Of a DNA stretch of 64,000 bases, positions 9,186-18,746 are shown piece after piece. The notes below the pieces were generated by a model, which was given only the letters and a program-made list of their open reading frames with translations, did not search any database and was not told the origin of the DNA. Numbering within the stretch: the stretch's first letter is position 1; each line of letters opens with the position of its first letter. The stretch is from Candidatus Dojkabacteria bacterium. Its GTDB lineage: Bacteria > Patescibacteriota > Dojkabacteria > SC72. Position numbers and translations under genes: made by a program. The stretch is taken from contig JAGPFQ010000001.1 of assembly GCA_018056375.1 (NCBI GenBank), forward strand, positions 522,231 through 586,230, written 5' to 3'.

Positions 9186-10577
9186 ATGAACTTTACTGAT
9201 ATGTTAAAAGATAAAAAGAAACTACCATTAATTATAGCTGGAGCAGTAGCTCTACTCCTTTTTATCATTTTAGTTATTTTACTTCTTGCAAAAAAACCAA
9301 AGGGTGGTGTTGAACAACCAGAACAATCCGGCACGGAGACAATTTCTCCTACCCAAACTGGGACATCAAACACTTTAACATATTGGGGATTATGGGAAAG
9401 TGCTGAAACAATGCAACCTATTATCGATGAGTTTGAAGAAGCTAATCCAGGAGTAAAAATCAACTATTCAAAGCAGAGTCTCTCCAACTATGAATCCAGA
9501 CTGTATACTAGATTACAACAGACTGTTTCTACTTCTGAACCTGCACCTGACATTTTCAAAATACATAACACATGGCTGTCTAAATATTACAAATACCTTG
9601 CTCCTTTACCATCCCATATTATGAGTAGGGAGGAATACACAGAAAAATTCTACCCTACTTCACTAGAAGACTTTACAGCAAAAGATGGAAATATATATGC
9701 AATCCCTCTAGGTATTGATGGTTTAATGGTTTTCTACAACAGGCAGATTCTTAAGCAAGCCAATGTTCAACAGCCACCAAGCGATTGGGATTCCTTTGTT
9801 CAGCTAGCTCATGACTTGACAATTAGAGATGAGAACAAGAGGATTATACAATCTGGATTAGCAATGGGTGTTTCTCGAAATGTTAAACACTCTTCTGAGA
9901 TTGTAGCTTTCTTACTTCTTTTAGAAGGAGCCGAACTGATGGATGAAACAAGAACTAGTGTTTCATTAAACAACTCAAAAGCTATCAATGCTTTTGAAAC
10001 ATATACCAGTTTTGCTAAAGGTCAAGATGGTACATGGGATACAAGCCTACCACAAGATTTGGAAATGTTCTTCCAGGGTAAACTGGCTATGATGATAGCT
10101 CCGAGTTGGAGAGTGTTTGATATTATAATTGCGGCACCAAACATTGAATTTGGCACAGCTCCTCTCCCACAACTGGAAGCAAACAAAGAAGAAGTCTATT
10201 ACGCAACATATTGGGGAGAAGCTGTCAGTAAGAATGCTAATAATATTGATTTAGCATGGAAATTCATTGACTTTATGACCCAGAAAGAACAACAGTTAAA
10301 GATGTTCTCTAATTCTGTAACCATAGGACAAAGAGCTTTTGGAGAGCCATATTCTATAGCTGAACTTGGTGAAGAAATGAAGGGGAAGGCATATATAGAC
10401 GCTATTGCTAAAATGGCACCATATATGAGGTCATGGCAATGGGGAGATGAAAACTTTGTAAGAGCTTCTATCGAAGATGCAATTTCAGATATAGCTGAAA
10501 GAAATAGAGATGTTAGTTCAACTCTTAAGACAACAGAGACCACTATAAATTCAAAGCTTGCAGAAACCAATAAATAA
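9186..10577 (+). CDS. Extracellular solute-binding protein (family 1, sugar-type ABC substrate-binding protein), orphan
   Basis: Signal-anchor N-terminus, LTYWGLWESAETMQPIIDEFEEANPGVKINY, and the overall family-1 SBP architecture. No adjacent permease or ATPase genes. Confidence 0.6.
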   Translation: MNFTDMLKDKKKLPLIIAGAVALLLFIILVILLLAKKPKGGVEQPEQSGTETISPTQTGTSNTLTYWGLWESAETMQPIIDEFEEANPGVKINYSKQSLSNYESRLYTRLQQTVSTSEPAPDIFKIHNTWLSKYYKYLAPLPSHIMSREEYTEKFYPTSLEDFTAKDGNIYAIPLGIDGLMVFYNRQILKQANVQQPPSDWDSFVQLAHDLTIRDENKRIIQSGLAMGVSRNVKHSSEIVAFLLLLEGAELMDETRTSVSLNNSKAINAFETYTSFAKGQDGTWDTSLPQDLEMFFQGKLAMMIAPSWRVFDIIIAAPNIEFGTAPLPQLEANKEEVYYATYWGEAVSKNANNIDLAWKFIDFMTQKEQQLKMFSNSVTIGQRAFGEPYSIAELGEEMKGKAYIDAIAKMAPYMRSWQWGDENFVRASIEDAISDIAERNRDVSSTLKTTETTINSKLAETNK

Positions 10578-10593
10578 ACAGTATTATAATCTA

Positions 10594-12999
10594 ATGCCTA
10601 ACAGAAAATATAAAACAAAAGAATCTAAAAAGAAGTCAGTGTTAATCACTACACTCTTCTTTTTACTCTCTCTACCCTTTGTTTTGTATGGTGTTGTACA
10701 GAAAACTCTAGACACTAGAAGTAAAGCATTTGAAGAGTTAGAACTTAGTTATGAAAACCCTTGTATAATTTCCCTACCTAATGTCAACCCATACACCTTA
10801 GAAATTGGAAAAAATGTAAGAGTCCAGGTGGATGCTAAGACAGAAGGAGATGGAATAACTGGATTAAAAATTACGGATTCAACAGGAAAAGAGATTTATT
10901 CCGAAACCTTTGAAGATACCTCCTCACAAATTGCAACATCTTTCGTGCTCACCCCAAACAAATCTGGTATCGTAGACCTTTTGGGTAATATTGAGACTGT
11001 TTCAAATACAGGTTTTGGATGTAAAATAAGCAGTCCTTACAATATTAGAGGTGTTAGAGCTATCCAGAATAACACAGCTCCAGAATTCACTTCTGAACCA
11101 TCAGCCTCTTCAAAACCTAGTCAAAACATTACCACAGGGACACAGTACTCATATACGTTGACAGCAAAAGATGTAGATGGAGACAGAATCAATTTCTTTT
11201 ACTCTTTCACTCCAAAAGCTACATGGTTAAAGGACATTGTTTTAGAAGATGGAGCAAATGGAAAGCTTAAGGTCACATTTAAGGGTACACCTGACAAACC
11301 TGCTAGCTATCTCGCAAATGTTGTCATTCATGATGGATACAGCAAACATGTAAAAAGCCAATCATGGGTTATAAGTGTAGGGCAATCAGAAAACGATACC
11401 CCTGTAGTTAAAATAACAAACCCACTGTCATCTTTAAGAATTGATTCTGGAGGTGAATTTAAAGCCTCGTGGAATGTTTCTGATTTAAATCACATACCAA
11501 CTTTTGACCTCTTTATGTCTAAAAATCCAACAGATGAAAGCACATGGATAAAAATGGGTAAAACCCTTCCATATAATACAAGTACTAGAAATATTGCAAC
11601 GAAAGGACTAGATGAAGGTTCATACAAGTTAATAGTAAGAGCAATAGATAATCAAAAACCTCCCAAGACAGGGATTGGAGTCTCCCCTGAAATAGTTATC
11701 TCAAAATCTTCTGGGACAACTCCTAAGGATTCAACAGATATTGTAGATGACTCTGTTATCCTTCAAGAACCACAAGTTACCAATATGTCCCCTTCTTCTA
11801 CAGATGAAATTACAAACAGAAGAGTCACTATAAAAGGAACAATTGTAGGTAGTGAGAAAGGAATAATAAAAGAAGAAAGTATTACTTTTAAGATAGACGA
11901 CAAAGATGTGACTGATAAAATGAAGATTAATAAGCTATCTAAAAAAGAATACACATTAATTTACCAACCGGATGAAGATTTAGAAGATGGTTTACATAGA
12001 GCAGAAATCGCATTTAAAGATTCTGCAGGAAAAGAAGTAAAAAAATCATGGGAATTTACAATTGGTTCCCATGTAGAAGAAGAAAACGACTCCTATATAA
12101 TCTTTGGAAAAGACATAAGTAAAAGAACACTATTAATTATAGGAATTGGGCTCTTCATTGTTATAATCGCAATTGCTGCACCAATATTAATATCTCTAAT
12201 CTGGGGAAAGGGTAGTAAGTTAGAGACACAATCAACCACATATTCTACTAGGAACATCCCTGAGAGAGATTATTTTGAAAAGGAGAAGTATGTTCCTCCA
12301 ACTGTTAATGAGGATATACATAAGAAAGTAAATTCTTTAAAGCAAAATGATACTGTTTTAGAAAAGAAAGAGAAATATACTGCACCTAGAGATATTGTTA
12401 TAGAAAAGAAAGAAGAAGAACTAGATGTTGATATAAAAGAATCTCCAACTGATATTAAATTAGAAGAACCTAACTCTACACCTATACTAGCTACAACATC
12501 AAAACTAACACAAGAGAAGGAAGAGAAAAAGAAAGAGTCTATATTTAAACCAAAGGTACATATTCAAAAACCAACTACTAAATTTGAAGATGAAACTCCA
12601 AAACCAACACCAGCAGTAACACCTCAAGTTGCTACTCCTATAGAAATAGAAAAGGAGGAGGAACCAGTATTTAAACCAACTGTACATATACAAAAGCCAA
12701 TTACTACTCAACCAGAAGAAACAACACAAGTTCCTACATCTACTTCCGCTCCTGTAACTACACCTACTCCTACACCAGTAAATGAGAAGGTAGAAGACAC
12801 ACCGGTATTCACACCAACAGCACATATACAAGAACCTACTACTAAATCTGAAGATGTATCCACAACTCCTACAAAAACAGAAGATATCCAAGAACCAGAA
12901 GCTCCTGACCCATCAATTTTCCAATCAATAGCAGCACAAATAGAAGAACAACAAAAACAAGAGGAAACAACACCTCCTACTCCCAATACTTCTGCATAA
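10594..12999 (+). CDS. Large single-pass surface protein with cadherin-like/putative Ig domain and a repetitive Pro/Thr-rich C-terminal region
   Basis: N-terminal signal, then TAKDVDGDRINFFYSF (Dystroglycan-type cadherin-like / putative Ig domain motif). Internal TM around residue 520-545, and a C-terminal low-complexity region with three (V/I)F(K/T)P(K/T)(V/A)HIQ(K/E)P repeats. Start taken at the internal Met (MPNRKYK); the ORF track starts at 10558. Confidence 0.5.
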   Translation: MPNRKYKTKESKKKSVLITTLFFLLSLPFVLYGVVQKTLDTRSKAFEELELSYENPCIISLPNVNPYTLEIGKNVRVQVDAKTEGDGITGLKITDSTGKEIYSETFEDTSSQIATSFVLTPNKSGIVDLLGNIETVSNTGFGCKISSPYNIRGVRAIQNNTAPEFTSEPSASSKPSQNITTGTQYSYTLTAKDVDGDRINFFYSFTPKATWLKDIVLEDGANGKLKVTFKGTPDKPASYLANVVIHDGYSKHVKSQSWVISVGQSENDTPVVKITNPLSSLRIDSGGEFKASWNVSDLNHIPTFDLFMSKNPTDESTWIKMGKTLPYNTSTRNIATKGLDEGSYKLIVRAIDNQKPPKTGIGVSPEIVISKSSGTTPKDSTDIVDDSVILQEPQVTNMSPSSTDEITNRRVTIKGTIVGSEKGIIKEESITFKIDDKDVTDKMKINKLSKKEYTLIYQPDEDLEDGLHRAEIAFKDSAGKEVKKSWEFTIGSHVEEENDSYIIFGKDISKRTLLIIGIGLFIVIIAIAAPILISLIWGKGSKLETQSTTYSTRNIPERDYFEKEKYVPPTVNEDIHKKVNSLKQNDTVLEKKEKYTAPRDIVIEKKEEELDVDIKESPTDIKLEEPNSTPILATTSKLTQEKEEKKKESIFKPKVHIQKPTTKFEDETPKPTPAVTPQVATPIEIEKEEEPVFKPTVHIQKPITTQPEETTQVPTSTSAPVTTPTPTPVNEKVEDTPVFTPTAHIQEPTTKSEDVSTTPTKTEDIQEPEAPDPSIFQSIAAQIEEQQKQEETTPPTPNTSA
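12541..12860 (+). repeat. Three imperfect tandem repeats, period about 126-139 bp, inside the surface-protein gene
   Basis: ATATTTAAACCAAAGGTACATATTCAAAAACCAACTACT / GTATTTAAACCAACTGTACATATACAAAAGCCAATTACTACT / GTATTCACACCAACAGCACATATACAAGAACCTACTACT. Confidence 0.6.
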
Positions 13000-13016
13000 T
13001 TGATATAATTCTTACC

Positions 13017-14804
13017 ATGATAGAGTTTTCATACAAAAAAACATATCAAAAGTACTTGGAATTCTTCAAAGAGAAAGAACACTCTATAATCCCAAGCGCA
13101 CCTTTAGTACCTGAGAATGACCCTTCAGTACTCTTTGTTAATGCAGGAATGTTCCCATTGATACCTTTCTTACAGGGTGAGGAACACCCCCAAGGGGATA
13201 AACTAGCCAATATCCAAAGATGTATAAGGACAGGAGATATTGAAGAGATTGGGAATGAATACCACTGTACAGCTTTTATAATGCTTGGAAACTGGTCATT
13301 GAATTCCTACTTCAAAAAAGAAGCTATCAACTATACAGTAGAATTCTTTGTCGAAAGACTTGGTTTAGATATAAACAACATATATGCATCAGTATTTGAA
13401 GGAGATGAAGATGCTCCACAAGATACAGTATCAATAGAAGTATGGAAAGAGATTTTCTCAAAATACAATATAGATGCAAAAGTTGGGAAAGATGAGAGAA
13501 TACAACCATTTGGGAAAAAGGAAAATTGGTGGGGGTTAGAATCAGGAGGACCTTGCGGGCCAGATTCTGAAATCTTTTACGATACAGGAAAAGAGAAATG
13601 TTCTGAGAAATGTAACATATCATGTAATTGTGGGAAATATGTGGAAATAGGAAACAATGTCTTCATGGAGTATCTTAAAGAAGGAGATAATATACAACCA
13701 CTAGGTAGACACAATGTAGATTTTGGTGGTGGATTAGAAAGATTAGCTGCCCTACTACAGAATGTTGATAGCGTATATGAAATTGATATTTACAAACCGA
13801 TATTAAGCAAAGTACAAGCATTAAGAAAACAAGAAAATCTAAAATCAGAAAGAATAATTGTTGATCACATAAAAGCTGCAACATGGATCATTATGGATGG
13901 TGTATTACCAGGAAGAAGCCAACAAGGATATATATTAAGAAGACTAATTAGAAGAGCTGTTAGACATGCAAGAAAACTTGAGATTGAACAAGAATTTACA
14001 AGAGAAGTTGCTGATATCTGTATAACACAGTTTAGGGATATTTGGGATAAATTAGAAGAAAAAAGAGAATACATACTTAACACCATCGAAGAGGAGGAAA
14101 GAAAGTTTAATAGAACATTAGAACAAGGTTTAAGAGAATTGGAGAAAAGAATAAACAAGAAAGAAAAGATAAATGGAAGAGATGCCTTCATACTCTACGA
14201 AACATATGGACTACCACTTGAAGTTACAGAAGAAATATTAGAAGAGAAAGGAGTTAAATTAGAAGAGAGAGATCTTTTCTTCCAAGCAGAAACAGAACAC
14301 CAAGAAAAATCTAGGACTGCAGCCAAAGGAATGTTTAAGGGAGGATTAACAGACACATCTGAAATGTCTACAAAATATCACACAGCAAGCCATCTACTCC
14401 TTGCAGCTCTAAGAAAAGTTCTAGGAGAACATGTGTATCAAAAAGGTAGCAATATTACTCCAGAGAGATTAAGATTTGACTTCCCAAATGAAACAAAACT
14501 TACTCCAGAACAAGTTAAAGAGGTCGAAGACCTTGTAAACGAACAGATAGAGAAGAAATTAGATGTTACTTTTGAAGAAGTAGATAAAGATGAAGCTCTT
14601 AAATTAGTACCTTTTGCAGCTTTTACTGAGAAATACGGAGACAAGGTAAAACTTTACTATATTGGACCAAAAGAAAACCCTTTCTCTATTGAAATATGTA
14701 ACGGACCACATGTTGAAAATATAGGTGATTTAGGGAAATTTAAAATCTCTAAACAAGAGAATGTAGGAGCAGGAGTTAAAAGAATTAAAGCAATACTTGA
14801 GTAA
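13017..14804 (+). CDS. alaS: Alanine--tRNA ligase, compact form (catalytic + tRNA-recognition + editing domains, no C-Ala domain)
   Basis: DPSVLFVNAGM class II motif. Editing-domain motifs HTASHLL and GSNITPERLRFDF. Only 595 aa versus about 870 aa for canonical AlaRS. Confidence 0.88.
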   Translation: MIEFSYKKTYQKYLEFFKEKEHSIIPSAPLVPENDPSVLFVNAGMFPLIPFLQGEEHPQGDKLANIQRCIRTGDIEEIGNEYHCTAFIMLGNWSLNSYFKKEAINYTVEFFVERLGLDINNIYASVFEGDEDAPQDTVSIEVWKEIFSKYNIDAKVGKDERIQPFGKKENWWGLESGGPCGPDSEIFYDTGKEKCSEKCNISCNCGKYVEIGNNVFMEYLKEGDNIQPLGRHNVDFGGGLERLAALLQNVDSVYEIDIYKPILSKVQALRKQENLKSERIIVDHIKAATWIIMDGVLPGRSQQGYILRRLIRRAVRHARKLEIEQEFTREVADICITQFRDIWDKLEEKREYILNTIEEEERKFNRTLEQGLRELEKRINKKEKINGRDAFILYETYGLPLEVTEEILEEKGVKLEERDLFFQAETEHQEKSRTAAKGMFKGGLTDTSEMSTKYHTASHLLLAALRKVLGEHVYQKGSNITPERLRFDFPNETKLTPEQVKEVEDLVNEQIEKKLDVTFEEVDKDEALKLVPFAAFTEKYGDKVKLYYIGPKENPFSIEICNGPHVENIGDLGKFKISKQENVGAGVKRIKAILE

Positions 14805-15264
14805 GAATTTTATGGAAGTAAAACACCCTATTCTAGCAATAGATTACGGAGAGAAACACTTTGGATTAGCAGTATCAGACCATAAAGGGCTAATTGCACA
14901 ACCCCTTGATACAATTTCTATAACAAAAAACAGAGATATTAATAAAATAATCGAAGAAATATTAGAAATAGCAGAAGAACATGAAGTAAAAACATTGTTA
15001 ATAGGTATGCCACAAGCATTTACAGAGAAACATAATAAAACAACAGAAAAAATAAACAAGTTTATAAATAAAATAAAGGATGTTACAACAAGACCTATCA
15101 TTACATATGATGAAAGCTTCTCTACAACTCTTGCTCAAAGTATGCTAACATCTTCGGGACAAAGTATCCGGAAAAGTAGAAAGAAAATAGACAGTATCTC
15201 TGCCACTGTTTTTCTACAAGAATATTTAAACTCATTAAGACAACCACATGAGAGAAAGCAATAG
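14797..15264 (+). CDS. ruvX: Putative pre-16S rRNA nuclease / Holliday junction resolvase-like YqgF (RuvX)
   Basis: ILAIDYGEKHFGLAVSD RNase H-like fold motif. Conserved alaS-yqgF-mltG synteny. Confidence 0.85.
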   Translation: MSKNFMEVKHPILAIDYGEKHFGLAVSDHKGLIAQPLDTISITKNRDINKIIEEILEIAEEHEVKTLLIGMPQAFTEKHNKTTEKINKFINKIKDVTTRPIITYDESFSTTLAQSMLTSSGQSIRKSRKKIDSISATVFLQEYLNSLRQPHERKQ

Positions 15265-16270
15265 AACCTCTCCAACAAAAATGTTCCTAGCATTCTTTAT
15301 AATATTTCTTGTTTTAGTAGGAATTTTCCTTCTAGACTATAAGAATTCATTAGAAAAACCTGCTAGTGATAATCCAGAGAAAGTAACTTTTCAGATTAAA
15401 TCTGGAGAAAGTGTAAATTTAATATTAGATAACTTAGTTGAAAAGAATCTTATACAAAAAAGATTGCTTCCATATACCAAAGTTTATCTAAAACTAAACA
15501 AACTTGAAGGAACACTTCAAGCTGGCACCTACTCTATCCCAAGAAACTTGAGTATCAAGGAACTAATCACTACACTTCAAAATGCTAAAGAACAGGATAT
15601 TTGGGTAACAATTCCAGAAGGATTAAGAAAAGATGAAATAGCTGAGATAATTGCAAATGAGTTGAAGAAATCAGAGAGTGCAAGTTTTTCTGTTGAGAGT
15701 TTTCTCGCAATGTCAACAGATACTACTTTCATAGAGACCTTAGAATTACCCTTTGAAGTTACTGACTTAGAAGGTTTTCTCTATCCTGATAAATATGCTC
15801 TTGCTCCAAATAGTACAACAGAGAGTATTATAAAGCTACTTGTTAATACCTTCAAACAGAAAATTGATGCTAAATATGATGAATATACATATGAAGATAT
15901 CATAATGGCAAGCATTGTAGAGAGAGAAGGTAGAAATTCTGAAGACAGACCTATCATTGCAGGAATTCTACAGAAAAGAATAAAGGAAGGTTGGCTTCTA
16001 CAAGCAGATGCAACACTTCTCTATCCCATAAAAGATTGGAAACATACCATTACAGAACAAGATTTACAAGTAGATAATCCTTACAACTCTTACAAGAAAA
16101 TTGGCTTACCACCTACTCCTATTTCAAACCCTGGTCATCAAGCAATTGAGGCAACTTTAAACCCTAAAGAAACTCCGTATTATTTCTATATTCACGGCAA
16201 AGATGGTGTTGCCAGGTATGCAAAAACGTTAACAGAGCATCATAATAATATTAATACTTATCTGAAGTAA
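15248..16270 (+). CDS. mltG: Endolytic murein transglycosylase MltG (YceG-like)
   Basis: N-terminal TM and a YceG-family C-terminus (LQADATLLYP...YNSYKKIGLPPTPISNPG). Confidence 0.8.
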   Translation: MRESNRTSPTKMFLAFFIIFLVLVGIFLLDYKNSLEKPASDNPEKVTFQIKSGESVNLILDNLVEKNLIQKRLLPYTKVYLKLNKLEGTLQAGTYSIPRNLSIKELITTLQNAKEQDIWVTIPEGLRKDEIAEIIANELKKSESASFSVESFLAMSTDTTFIETLELPFEVTDLEGFLYPDKYALAPNSTTESIIKLLVNTFKQKIDAKYDEYTYEDIIMASIVEREGRNSEDRPIIAGILQKRIKEGWLLQADATLLYPIKDWKHTITEQDLQVDNPYNSYKKIGLPPTPISNPGHQAIEATLNPKETPYYFYIHGKDGVARYAKTLTEHHNNINTYLK

Positions 16271-16272
16271 AT

Positions 16273-17703
16273 ATGGTTCTAGATATAGATTTAAACAATG
16301 GAGATATAGAAACACCTCCTGTTGAAAATAGAAGAAAGGAGATTGTAGCAAATAAGCCTAAGAAAAAGAAAAAAGGTTTTCTTAGATTTTTCATCTTCTT
16401 TTTACTTTTTTTGTTTTTAGGAGGAATTGGCTTTGCTATTTGGAAAGGATATATCATTTCGGAAAAAGTTGGCTTCAAATTTAATGCTACATCGTTAATC
16501 TCTAACAAAAAACCTGAGTTAGAAAAAGATTCCAAAGGAAAATACACAAGTGTACTCTTAGTTGGAGTTGATAGTAGGAAAGGAGATGATATCTCTAATA
16601 CTGATACTATTATGGTAGCTTCCTATAACTACGAAACGAATAATATACAACTCATATCTATTCCAAGAGACTTCCACGTAGAAGTTGATAAACAAGCAAG
16701 ACTTTTTCAAAGAATCAACTCTGTATATGCACGGGAGGAGAGAAAACAGAAAAATGGAGGAGGTTTTGAAGGGTTAAAGAGAAGTATAACAGAAGTTACA
16801 GGATTAGAGATACAATATCATGCCCTTGTTGATTTTAAAGCATTTGAAGAAATTATTGACTCTCTTGGTGGTGTAAATGTCAATGTAGAGAATAGCTTCA
16901 CTGATTACAGGTATCCAAGTGGTGTGAAGTATAAAACAGTAAGTTTCCAAGCCGGACCTCAAGTAATGGATGGAAAAACAGCCTTAGAATACGCAAGATC
17001 TAGACACTCCATGCAAAACAATGAAGGAAGTGACTATGCTAGAGCTAGAAGACAACAAAAGGTCATTATAGCTATACAAAATAAAATATCTCAAAGCGAT
17101 GCACTTAATGACCCTAAAATATTGATAGATATGCTCTCTTCTATTGTTAACAATATTAAAATATCAGAATTTACAGTAACAGACGTACAAGCAGGATTAG
17201 ACTTGCTAAAAAAGTTTAATGAGGAGAATGGAAAGTCATACTCCTTTGTATTAGACCCACTAGCAGGAGGTGGACAACTGGTAGAAAAAGTCTTTGTACC
17301 ATCAGGAGCCTTTGCGATTGGTCCCAAAGAAGGCTTAGGGAAATATGACAAAATACATGAATATATACAACTAGCTATGAAGAAACCTTATCTTTACTCA
17401 AATAATCCAAGGGTCTTTGTTTACGATATTGGAATTGGTTATAAAGAAACCACAGAAAAAGTTAAGGAGATAAAGCAACACTATCCATATATAAATATCA
17501 TACAATCGAGATCCATACTAAAAGATCAAGAAGGTAATTATGTTTACTCTGATAATGACAAGTACAAGGAAAGTATTAACGATTTTGCTCAATATCTTAA
17601 AACAGAAAACAAAGAGAAACCTGACTTTGTTAAAAGTAACCTGAATCCTGATGCAATAATAATTCTTCTTGGCAAAGAGATAGAAAAGACAGAAGAAAAT
17701 TAA
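16273..17703 (+). CDS. LytR-CpsA-Psr (LCP) family cell-envelope transferase
   Basis: TM anchor followed by LCP motifs: TSVLLVGVDSR...DTIMVASY...ISIPRDFHVEV...YHALVDFKAFEEIIDSLGGV. Confidence 0.8.
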   Translation: MVLDIDLNNGDIETPPVENRRKEIVANKPKKKKKGFLRFFIFFLLFLFLGGIGFAIWKGYIISEKVGFKFNATSLISNKKPELEKDSKGKYTSVLLVGVDSRKGDDISNTDTIMVASYNYETNNIQLISIPRDFHVEVDKQARLFQRINSVYAREERKQKNGGGFEGLKRSITEVTGLEIQYHALVDFKAFEEIIDSLGGVNVNVENSFTDYRYPSGVKYKTVSFQAGPQVMDGKTALEYARSRHSMQNNEGSDYARARRQQKVIIAIQNKISQSDALNDPKILIDMLSSIVNNIKISEFTVTDVQAGLDLLKKFNEENGKSYSFVLDPLAGGGQLVEKVFVPSGAFAIGPKEGLGKYDKIHEYIQLAMKKPYLYSNNPRVFVYDIGIGYKETTEKVKEIKQHYPYINIIQSRSILKDQEGNYVYSDNDKYKESINDFAQYLKTENKEKPDFVKSNLNPDAIIILLGKEIEKTEEN

Positions 17704-17723
17704 ATAAGTCTTAAGGTAAGAGA

Positions 17724-18659
17724 ATGAGATATAAACTCTATCATGGTAACTCTGCATATCTTTCTCTTGAATTAGTAAATCGAAAGATAGAAGAGAACAA
17801 GGATGATACAACAGAAGTTGTTGTAATTGATGCAGAGAACACTTCAGCCCAAGTATTAATAGATACACTCGCATCCCCTACTCTTTTTACATCTAACAGA
17901 ATACTACTTCTCAAAAGAACATACAAAAACAAAGAGAAAGAAAAGCTACTTGAGGAGATTTTCCTACTACTTGAGACAAGCACTTCACCTGACACAGTAG
18001 TCTTCTGGGAAGATCAAAAAATCAAAGCAAATACTAAGTATTACAAGTTCTTTAATAAAGAAAAGAGGGTTGTTGAAAGTAAAGAACTAAATAAGAGAAC
18101 TTTCCTAACATGGATGCAAGAAGAATTAAAAAAAGATGGTATCACCATCGAGAAAGATGCCGTAAGAGCTTTAGCCGAAAGAACAAATTATGACCCTGAG
18201 AGATGTAGTAATGAAATTGAAAAAATGAAATTAATAATCGAAGACAATATTATCACCAGACAAGATGTTCTCTCTCTAGTATCAAATACTTTGGAAAGTG
18301 ATATCTGGAATCTAATAGATGCAATAAACACAGGAGACACAAAATACAGTGTAGAAATCTTAGAAAGGCTAATTTCCCAATCCGTAGATGCAAACTATAT
18401 CATCTCTATGATAACCCGTAATGTGCGCCTAATCACCTTAACTAAATATCTCCTAGAAGAAAGAGAAGAAACAGGAAGTGTTGCAAAAACTTTAAAGGTA
18501 CCTCCTTTCACTGTACCATCGCTAATAAATTCTTCAAAAAAATACTCTAAAAAGAAACTTAAGACCTTATACACTAAACTATCTAACTTAGATTTCCAAA
18601 CAAAAAAAGGACAAATTGACCCTAATTTGGGATTAACCCTACTATCCTCAATACTCTAG
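17724..18659 (+). CDS. holA: DNA polymerase III delta subunit (HolA)-like
   Basis: Size and alpha-helical AAA+-like clamp-loader architecture. Sequence recognition is weak. Confidence 0.4.
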   Translation: MRYKLYHGNSAYLSLELVNRKIEENKDDTTEVVVIDAENTSAQVLIDTLASPTLFTSNRILLLKRTYKNKEKEKLLEEIFLLLETSTSPDTVVFWEDQKIKANTKYYKFFNKEKRVVESKELNKRTFLTWMQEELKKDGITIEKDAVRALAERTNYDPERCSNEIEKMKLIIEDNIITRQDVLSLVSNTLESDIWNLIDAINTGDTKYSVEILERLISQSVDANYIISMITRNVRLITLTKYLLEEREETGSVAKTLKVPPFTVPSLINSSKKYSKKKLKTLYTKLSNLDFQTKKGQIDPNLGLTLLSSIL

Positions 18660-18746
18660 TACCATATAAAAGATTGACACCTAAGTGTTCTTAACATAAA
18701 CTCTATTAAGCCAAGAACCATAAATTTTACTTAAGACTGATAACTA

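Noticed and set aside
12505-12986. Cys/Trp-rich antisense ORFs (12505..12891, 12708..12986)
   Set aside because: They are artefacts of the tandem repeat region inside the surface-protein gene.
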